The translations under genes were made by a program, and so were the position numbers. Of a stretch of 64,000 bases of DNA, positions 56,214 to 64,000 are shown piece after piece. The DNA is from an uncultured Actinomycetota bacterium (GTDB lineage: Bacteria; Actinomycetota; Actinomycetes; JACCUZ01). The DNA lies in contig CAVWQZ010000006.1 of the NCBI GenBank assembly GCA_963757295.1, forward strand, positions 142,390 through 206,389, given 5' to 3'. Positions within the stretch are counted from its first letter, which is position 1, and every line of letters begins with the position of its first letter. Under the pieces are notes generated by a model. That model made no database searches and had not been told where the DNA came from. It was given only the letters and a program-made list of their open reading frames with translations.

Positions 56214-58894
56214 TCAAGAGGCGTTGGTGACGCGTTGGCCGACCTCGTGCTGGACCCGGGCCAGCGCCTCGTCGACCTTCGACGCGTCGGTCCCGCCGCC
56301 CTGGGCGACGTCGTCCTTGCCGCCGCCGCCACCACCGAGGACGCTCGCCGCGGCGCGCACCAGCTCGCCGGCCTTGACGCCCCACTCCCGGCCGCGGTCG
56401 TTGACCGCCACGACGACCACCGGCCGGTCGCCGGCGACCGTGATGCCGGCCACGACTGCCGGGCGGTCGGCCGGGATGCGGCCGCGCACATCCAGGACCA
56501 GCCGGCGCAGGTCGTCGGCCGCGGTGCCGTCAGGCACCCGGTGGGCCACGACGGCCACGCCGTAGACGTCGGTCGGGTTCGCGGCCAGGCTCGCCGCCGC
56601 CTCCAGCACCTGGGCGGACCGGACCCGCTCGAGGTCCTTCTCCGCCTCGCGCAGCCGCGCCGTCAGCGCGGCGACCCGCTCGGGCAGCTCCTCCCGGGGC
56701 ACCTTCAGCGCCTCCATGAGCTGCGCGACCAGCAGGTGCTCGCGGGCCAGGAACTGGTAGGCGTCCACGCCGACGAGGGCTTCCACCCGGCGTACACCTG
56801 CCCCGATCGAGGCCTCGCCGAGGATCTTGACCAGGCCGAGCTGGCCGGATCGGCGCGCGTGCGTGCCGCCGCAGAGCTCCCGGGCCCAGTCGCCGACGGA
56901 CACGACGCGGACGCGGTCGCCGTACTTCTCGCCGAACAGCGCCATCGCGCCGGACGCGCGGGCCTGCTCCTGGCTCATGATCTCGGCGTGCACGGCGAGG
57001 TCGGCGGCGAGCACCTCGTTGACCTGGTGCTCGACGTCGGACAGCACGGACGGTGGGACCGCTGACGTTGCCGAGAAGTCGAACCGGAACCGGCCCGGCG
57101 CGTTCTCCGAGCCGGCCTGGGTCGCGGTCTCGCCGAGAGCGTTGCGGAACGCCTGGTGCACGAGGTGGGTGGCGGTGTGGGCCCGGCTGATGGCCCGGCG
57201 GCGGTCGACGTCGACCTGACCGAGCGCTCCGACACCGGTCGTGACCTCGCCCCGGCTGACGCGGGCCCGGTGCACGACGACGCCCGGCATCGGGCACTGC
57301 ACGTCGAGGACCTCGACCAGGCCGCCGTCGGAGAGCTGGATCAGGCCCTGGTCGGCGAGCTGGCCGCCACTCTCGGCGTAGAACGGCGTGCGGTCCAGGA
57401 CGATCTCGATCTCGGCGCCCTCGGCCGCCGACGGGACGACGACGCCGTCGAGCAGGATGCCGCGCACCGTCGACTCGGTGACGACCTCGTCGTAGCCGGT
57501 GAACGAGATGGGCCCGGCGTCCATGATCGAGCTTGTAGGCGGACAGGTCGGCGTGGGAGCTGCGCCGCGACTTGGCGTCGGCCTTGGCCCGGTCGCGCTG
57601 CTCGCTCATGAGCCGCCGGAAACCGGGCTCGTCGACGCGCAGCCCCTGCTCGGCGGCCATCTCCAGGGTCAGGTCGATCGGGAACCCGTAGGTGTCGTGC
57701 AGCTTGAACGCCTCGTCACCGGCCAGCTCGGTGGCTCCGGTGCGCTTCGTCTCGGCCACGGCCGTGTCGAAGATCGTGGTGCCGGCGACCAGCGTGCGCC
57801 GGAACGCCTCCTCCTCGGCGTAGGCGATCGCACTGATGCGCGCGAAGTTCTCCGTCAGCTCCGGGTACGACGGGGCCATGGCCGCCATGCTGACCGGGAG
57901 CAGCTCGGGGAACACCGGTTCGTCGACGCCGAGCAGCCGCATCGAGCGGACGGAGCGACGGATGATCCGCCGCAGCACGTAGCCGCGGGCCTCGTTCGAC
58001 GGGGTGATGCCGTCGTTGATGAGCATCAGCGCGCTGCGGACGTGGTCGGCGACGATGCGCAGCCGGACGTCGTTCTCGTGGTCGGCGCCGTAGCGCTTGG
58101 CGGCCATCCCGGCCGCCCGGTCGAGCACCGGGAACACCTCGTCGATCTCGTAGAGGTTGTCCACGCCCTGCATCAGGTAGGCGACCCGCTCGAGCCCCAT
58201 CCCGGTGTCGATGTTGGGCTTCGGCAGCGGGGCACTGACGTCGAAGTCGACCTTGCTGCGGACCGCGCTGAGGCTCTCCTGCATGAACACGAGGTTCCAG
58301 ATCTCCAGGAACCTGTCCTCGTCCACGATCGGACCGCCGTCGGGGCCGTGCTCAGGCCCGCGGTCGATGTAGATCTCGCTGCACGGCCCGCCCGGGACCG
58401 GGGATGCCCATGTGCCAGTAGTTGTCCGCCAGGCCGCGCCGCTGGATGCGCTCCTCGGGCAGCCCGGCGACCTTGCGCCACAGCTGGTGGGCCTCGTCGT
58501 CACCCTCGAGCACCGTGACCCACACGGACTCCGGGTCGAAGCCGAGGAACCCCTCGGACTGCGAGCCGGTGACCAGCCGCCAGGCCAGCTCGATGGCGCC
58601 TTCCTTGAAGTAGTCGCCGAACGAGAAGTTGCCGTTCATCTGGAAGAACGTGCCGTGCCGGGTGGTCTTGCCGACCTCCTCGATGTCGAGGGTGCGCACG
58701 CACTTCTGCACGCTGGTGGCGCGCTTCCACGGTGGCTCGGCCTGGCCGAGCAGGTAGGGCTTGAACGGCACCATGCCGGCGTTGACGAACAGCAGGTTGG
58801 GATCGTCGGCGATCAAGGACGCGGACGGGACGACGGCGTGCTCGCTCTCGGAGAAGAACTGCAGCCACCGCCGCTTGATCTCGGCGGTCTCCAT
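56214..58894 (-). CDS. alaS: Alanine--tRNA ligase; at least 2 frame shifts (near 58400 and near 57530)
   Basis: [47 protein letters not shown]..., editing domain [12 protein letters not shown]-terminal DHHA1-like ...[19 protein letters not shown]. Confidence 0.9.
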
Positions 58895-59181
58895 CAGCGG
58901 GTGCTCCTCCGCGGGCTGGCCGGCCGCTCGATGAGGTCGGCGGCCTCCTCGGGCGAGAGGTCATGGCTGGCGTCGTCGATGCCCAGGGCGTCGCGCAGCT
59001 CGGCCTCGCGCTCGACCATGCCGGCCCGCACCTGGTCGGCGAAGTAGCGGATCGAGTCGCCGAGGCCCCCGGCGCTGTCGGCGAGCCCGGCCGGGGTGAA
59101 CGCCTGCGCGGTCTTGGTGATCTTGCGTACGACGAGGACCCCGACCGTCGCGCCCACGCCCATCCAGAAGAGCCGCCTCAC
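58894..59181 (-). CDS. Small conserved membrane-associated protein upstream of alaS
   Basis: [67 protein letters not shown]. Stop overlaps the alaS ATG. Confidence 0.4.
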   Translation of the reverse strand: MRRLFWMGVGATVGVLVVRKITKTAQAFTPAGLADSAGGLGDSIRYFADQVRAGMVEREAELRDALGIDDASHDLSPEEAADLIERPASPRRSTR

Positions 59182-59615
59182 GAGGCGGCCCGCCCTCGCC
59201 GGCGCCTGCTGGCCTTGGCGGCCGCCTGCTCGGCCCTGATCTGTGACTTCACCCGCTTGACCTGGCTGCTCGAGCGGCCGCTCAGAGCACGCCGTACGCC
59301 GTAGCTGAACGCGGCCACCTTGATGACCGGACCCCCGAAGGTCGCTGCGAGCAGTGCTGTCATGGCCGACACGTTCGACGTGACCGACTGCACGTTGGAG
59401 GTGATGGCGTCGACGCGTTCGAGCTGGGCGTTGGTGGTGACGACGGTCGTGGTCACCTCGTTGAGCAGGGGCACGGTCTCGTCGGAGACGCCCTTGATCA
59501 TGTGCCGGGTCTCGTCGAACACCGAGCCCAGCTTGATCAGGGGAACAGCGAGCACACCGACCAGCAACACGAACGCGACGGCAGCGATGAGCCCCGCAAT
59601 CTCTCCACCCGACAT
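59178..59615 (-). CDS. DUF948-family small membrane protein
   Basis: MSGGEIAGLIAAVAFVLLVGVLAVPLIKLGSVFDETRHMIKGVSDETVPLLNEVTTTVVTTNAQLERVDAITSNVQSVTSNVSAMTALLAATFGGPVIKVAAFSYGV. Confidence 0.6.
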   Translation of the reverse strand: MSGGEIAGLIAAVAFVLLVGVLAVPLIKLGSVFDETRHMIKGVSDETVPLLNEVTTTVVTTNAQLERVDAITSNVQSVTSNVSAMTALLAATFGGPVIKVAAFSYGVRRALSGRSSSQVKRVKSQIRAEQAAAKASRRRRGRAAS

Positions 59616-60237
59616 GCGCTCGACCCTATCGCGGCGGAACTCAGCGCACGGGCGGGTCCAGCGCGGCCTGCATCGGCGGAAAACCCGGCGGGTAGGGCCG
59701 CCGCGGCTCACGCACCCCGGCGGTTCCCGGACCACCCGTTCCCGGGTCGCCGCCGCTCGACGACCGCACGGCCGCCCGGTGCAGCGAGTCGGAGAAGTCC
59801 CCGACGGCGTGCGACCCAGATCAGACGATGTCTGCCGTCGTCGCACCGACGATCGCCTCGACGCCGCGGACCAGGCCGGCGACGAGGCCGCCGCCCGGCA
59901 GGCTGCTCGTGCGTCCGTCGATGCGCAGGTAGAGCGAACTGCCGTGGCTGCCGGGCGGGGTCGACGTGCGACGGATCTTGGCCGTCGACCCGCCGTCCGC
60001 ACCGCGAGGGACTGCCGGATCTCGTGCTCGAGGACGCTCGCAGGGCGCGGCTCGGCGAAGGTGAGCCGCACCACGACCGTCGCCCGCCACCTCATGCCCC
60101 CATCATGCGCCGGGCCGGACGCTTCGCACCCGTTCGCCTCCCCACAACACCCGCCCGCGAAGATCATTCGCTGCGTTCTGCTGCGACACGCCCGGCGTGT
60201 TGCGACACACCGCAGCGAATGATCTTGGGGCGACGGC

Positions 60238-61578
60238 TCAGGAGCCGCGGATCAGGGCGCGCAGGCGCTCCCACAGGTCGGCCAGCCGCGACTCGGCGCC
60301 GTGGTGGGTCGGCCGGTAGTAGGTCCGGTCGAGCACCGCGTCGGGTGCGTACTGCTGCTGCGCCACCCCGTCGGGCTGGTCGTGCGGGTAGACGTAGCCC
60401 TTGCCGTGCGCGAGCTTGGCCGCGCCGGAGTACGAGCTGTCCCGCAGGTGCGGTGGCACCGGCCCGGCCAGCCCACGTCGTACGTCGTCGAGCGCCGCGT
60501 CGACGGCGAGGTAGACCGCGTTCGACTTGGGCGCGAGGGCGAGGTGGACGACGGCCTGCGCCAGGTTGATCCGGGCTTCCGGCAGGCCGACCAGCGCCAC
60601 GGCATCCGCCGCGGCCACCGCGGTCAGCAGTGCGGTCGGGTCGGCGAGCCCGATGTCCTCCGACGCGGAGATGACCAGCCGCCGCGCGATGAACCGCGGG
60701 TCCTCGCCGGCTTCGATCATCCGCGCCAGGTAGTGCAGGGCAGCGTCCGCGTCGGAGCCGCGGATCGACTTGATGAACGCCGAGATGACGTCGTAGTGCT
60801 GGTCGCCGTCGCGGTCATAGCGCAGCGCGGCCCGGTCGACGGCGGCTTCGAGGATGTCGACGTCCACGACGGTCGTCTCCTTGGCGAGCGCGGCCCCGGC
60901 CCCCGCCTCCAGCGCAGTCAACGCGCGCCGCGCGTCACCACCGGCGATGCGCAGCAGGTGCGCCTCGGCCTCCGCGGTGACCGTGACCTCGCCGGCCAGG
61001 CCGCGCGGGTCGCTCACCGCCCGGTGCAGCACCTCGGCCACGCCCTCGTCGTCGAGCGAGGCCAGTGTCAGCAGCAGCGAGCGGGACAGCAGCGGCGAGA
61101 TGATGGAGAAGTAGGGGTTCTCGGTGGTGGCCGCGACCAGCGTGACCCAGCGGTTCTCGACCGCGGGCAGCAGGGCGTCCTGCTGGGTCTTGGAGAACCG
61201 GTGCACCTCGTCGACGAACAGCACCGTCTCGCGGCCGGTCATGCTGCTCTCGCGCCGAGCCGTCTCGATGACCGCGCGGACCTCCTTGACGCCCGCGCTC
61301 ACCGCCGACAGCTCGACGAAGGTGCGTCCGGTCTCGCTGCTCACGAGGTAGGCCAGCGTCGTCTTGCCCGTGCCCGGCGGGCCCCACAGGATCACCGACG
61401 CCGGGCGGGCCACTCCCCCGTCGGACTCGACCAGCCGCCGCAGGGGTGACCCGGCCGCGAGCAGGTGGTCCTGGCCGACGACCTCGTCGAGGGTCCGGGG
61501 ACGCATGCGTACGGCGAGGGGTGCGCTGTTGGCGCCGGGACCCGTGCCGTCGGCCGCCGAGGCCTCGAACAGATCCAT
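60238..61578 (-). CDS. rarA: Replication-associated recombination protein A (RarA/MgsA, AAA+ ATPase)
   Basis: [17 protein letters not shown]...[22 protein letters not shown]. Intact 446 aa. Confidence 0.9.
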   Translation of the reverse strand: MDLFEASAADGTGPGANSAPLAVRMRPRTLDEVVGQDHLLAAGSPLRRLVESDGGVARPASVILWGPPGTGKTTLAYLVSSETGRTFVELSAVSAGVKEVRAVIETARRESSMTGRETVLFVDEVHRFSKTQQDALLPAVENRWVTLVAATTENPYFSIISPLLSRSLLLTLASLDDEGVAEVLHRAVSDPRGLAGEVTVTAEAEAHLLRIAGGDARRALTALEAGAGAALAKETTVVDVDILEAAVDRAALRYDRDGDQHYDVISAFIKSIRGSDADAALHYLARMIEAGEDPRFIARRLVISASEDIGLADPTALLTAVAAADAVALVGLPEARINLAQAVVHLALAPKSNAVYLAVDAALDDVRRGLAGPVPPHLRDSSYSGAAKLAHGKGYVYPHDQPDGVAQQQYAPDAVLDRTYYRPTHHGAESRLADLWERLRALIRGS

Positions 61579-61649
61579 GCCTCAGACGGTAACCACTCCG
61601 CCGCAGTCAGACTCGTACCGCCCCGGGCCACCACGTTCTGACAGTCGGC

Positions 61650-62530
61650 AGGATGAGGCGGTGGCCCCCACCGTCGTACACCCGCTGTCCGGAGTCGAGG
61701 AGCTGCGCGCGGCCAGTGACGACGACGCCTACGTCCGGGCGATGGCCGACCCCGTCCGCACCACGGTGGCCTGGCGGCACGAGGGCGGCGCCGTCGGGTG
61801 GCTGATGCGCTCACGCCATGCCCCGGGCCGCAGCGCGCTGATGGCCATCGGGGCGGCGCGCCCCGCGGCCGACCTGCTGCACCGCGTGGCCACCGAGGAC
61901 GACGGGGGCATCCGGGCGGCGACCCTGCCCCGAGGTGCGGTCGAACACCTGCCGACGGGATGGTCACTCGAGCCGGCCAACGAGTGGGAGTGGTTCCACA
62001 TCGAGGAGCCGCCGCCCGTGCAGGAGCACGAGGCGCTGGTCCGTCGGCTCGACGACGACGCCGATGCCGACGGCCCGGAGATCCTCGCCCTGCTCGAGAC
62101 GTGGAGCCCGCGGCACGACGCCGAGCCCGGGCAGGATCACGTCCGGCTCTGGTGCGGGATCCGCGACGACGACGGTCAGCTGGTGGCGGTCGCGGCGCAC
62201 ACCGAGTACTCCCCCGGCGTCCCGTTCCTCGCGTCCATCGCGACCGTGGGCAGCGTGCGCGGACGCGGCTACGGCGCCGCCGTGACCGCCTGGATCACCC
62301 GCGAGCTGCTCGCGACCGGCAGCGACTGGGTGACGCTGGGGATGTACAGCGACAACGAGGTCGCCCGCCGGCTCTATCACCGGCTCGGCTTCCGGTGCGA
62401 CCACTACTTCACCAGCGGCCCGCTGGTCCGGCCCGATCTGAGGTGGCAAACAGCGAATTCGTGGGATGGAGCGCCGGGCTGTTCCGTATCCGGCACTACC
62501 GGTCGTCGGAACGGCGGATCGCCTCGCTGA
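61650..62530 (+). CDS. GNAT-family acetyltransferase (start uncertain, GTG ~61650)
   Basis: ...LVAVAAHTEYSPGVPFLASIATVGSVRGRGYGAAVTAWITRELLATGSDWVTLGMYSDNEVARRLYHRLGF. Confidence 0.5.
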
Positions 62531-63900
62531 CGTGGGCGGCGACACGTGCCGGCGCTTGGGGTGGGAATGGGATGACGCTGCTGGCGTTGATCTCGCACAG
62601 CACGAACCGGGTCGGTGGGCCGCCAGTCTCGTGTCTGCCAGTTCAGTCATCAGCAGGTCCACGTCCCACAGCGCGGGCAACTGGTCTTCTTCCAAGCCGA
62701 GTCGCGCCATCATGCCGGGCACCCAGTCGGACTCCAGGCTCTCCCGCAGCGGGGCGAGGGCCGGTTCCTCGGCCGGGTACATCGTCTTGGCGGACGGCAG
62801 CCCATCACGGCATCCGGGGTCGAACGCGGAGCGGGGCCGTGTCCAGTGGCCCGCGCGGTCGGGCACCTTCGGGGTACTGGCGGGCGAAGCCGACGACGCT
62901 CCTGCCGACCAGGTACAGCGCACGATCCCTCTGGTGATGCCGGGGACGAACTCCTGGTCCACCAGCCGGGCGGTCGCCATCCCAAGTCTCGAACACGTCT
63001 CACGACGATCGCCAGGAGTTCCATGCCAACGACATCAGGGTTGAGGAGCCGTCCAGCCCGCGTGTGCTGCACCCACACGACGCGTCGTTCGGCACTTCCC
63101 GCCGGGTGCCGTGCGGCAGTTGGACCTTCCAGACGGTTCGGCCACCGTTGCCGCGGCTGGCGCTTCAGCACGCGCACGCCATCGGCGGCCAGCCGCCGGG
63201 GAAACTCGCGCCGCAAATCGTCCCGGGTCCGGTAGAGGTGGCTGTCGCTGCCCCAGCCGAGATCCCGGTCGTGACAAGCACTTCCTTAGTGCCGATCAGG
63301 TCGATGACATCCGGATGGGACCCCAGCCACACCCCCGAGGCGGCGACCTCCCGAAGCACCGGTCGAGACGCCGGCGGTCTCCCTCGTCACTGATGGGATC
63401 GGCCCACACCAGGACACCAGCCGATACGACGAGGCGACGCGTGACCGCCGCCGCCCAGCGTCGCCGACGCCACCGGCTCCAGCCGCACTCCAGCCACGCC
63501 AAGCGCGGCAACCATCGGTTCGAGCCGGGCACTCGGCGCATCCGCCGGCGTCATCCCGCGATACAGCAGCGCCACCCTACGAGTCGGCGACTCCTCGGCC
63601 ACCACGGATCCCCCTGCGCCTAGGGACGCAGGTCCGCCAGGCCGGAGGCAGCGGCACTGGTGCCGGGCACGGCAGCCGCGTAAGCGCACCGGCTCCTGGG
63701 CCCCGACCTGAGCCGCCGAGCAGAGCCGTCCAGCGCGCCGTCCGACCACGGTGGCCAAGCAGCAGCGGCACGGCATCGAGCAGACGGCGTCGCGCTCGAC
63801 ACACCGACCGCCAGAACTCCGGATCGGAGCGGAACGGCTCGGCGACGCCCTCTCCCAGGTCGGGGGACATCGATGCGCTCATGCCTGATGAGTCGACGCG
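62530..63900 (-). CDS. Unresolved minus-strand coding region (likely 1-2 hypothetical genes, multiply frame-shifted)
   Basis: Protein-like segments across three frames: VVAEESPTRRVALLYRGMTPADAPSARLEPMVAALGVAGVRLEPVAS; LVVSAGVLVWADPISDEGDRRRL; MELLAIVVRRVRDLGW; LGLEEDQLPALWDVDLLMTELADTRLAAHRP. No family recognised. Confidence 0.2.
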
Positions 63901-64000
63901 GTGGCCGCGGCCGCGGAGGGCCGAACAGGTGACGTGAGCCAGGTGAGCCGCGGACCCACTACGGCCGTACGGCGGTGCCTGGCTCGTTCGGCGGGACGGC

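Overview
This is a high-GC (about 72-73% GC) actinobacterial chromosomal window, probably from a Nocardioides/Propionibacteriales-like organism; that taxon guess is inference only. Almost every gene is on the minus strand. The backbone is conserved housekeeping synteny, listed in window order (most genes minus strand): rpe (partial), GT39 glycosyltransferase, ltaE, two VOC genes, GNAT, HEAT-repeat protein, rsmB, fmt, def, EEP protein, O-methyltransferase, HAD hydrolase, priA, metK, coaBC, rpoZ, gmk, mihF, pyrF, pyrD, pyrK, carB, carA, pyrC, pyrB, pyrR, bldD(+), nusB, efp, pepQ, aroQ, aroB, aroK, aroC, [~21 kb pilus locus], aroE, mltG, ruvX, alaS, rarA. The accessory part is a complete type IV pilus (T4aP-like) locus of about 21 kb (32.6-53.6 kb) inserted between aroC and aroE. 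It contains pilB, pilT, pilC, pilD, pilM, pilN, pilO and a PilP-like gene; three tandem major-pilin genes, two of them a near-identical ~710-bp duplication; and a minor-pilin operon (FimT/GspH-like, PilV-like, a large non-pilin protein, PilW/PulJ-like) followed by two tandem PilX_N-like genes. There is no secretin, which is consistent with a monoderm host. Two features look novel. A Wzy_C/O-antigen-ligase-like membrane protein with a TPR tail sits directly upstream of pilB and is a candidate pilin O-glycosylation enzyme. A three-gene Roadblock(MglB-like) / PATAN-DUF4388 / MglA-CvnD-like small-GTPase module flanks the locus and is a candidate polarity or regulatory switch for the pilus. Caveat: well over 25 otherwise conserved genes are broken by single-nucleotide frame shifts (plus one in-frame TGA in coaBC). 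The likeliest cause is an indel-prone assembly, for example uncorrected long reads, so gene ends are approximate and no pseudogene call is secure. No rRNA, tRNA, CRISPR or obvious mobile element was found.
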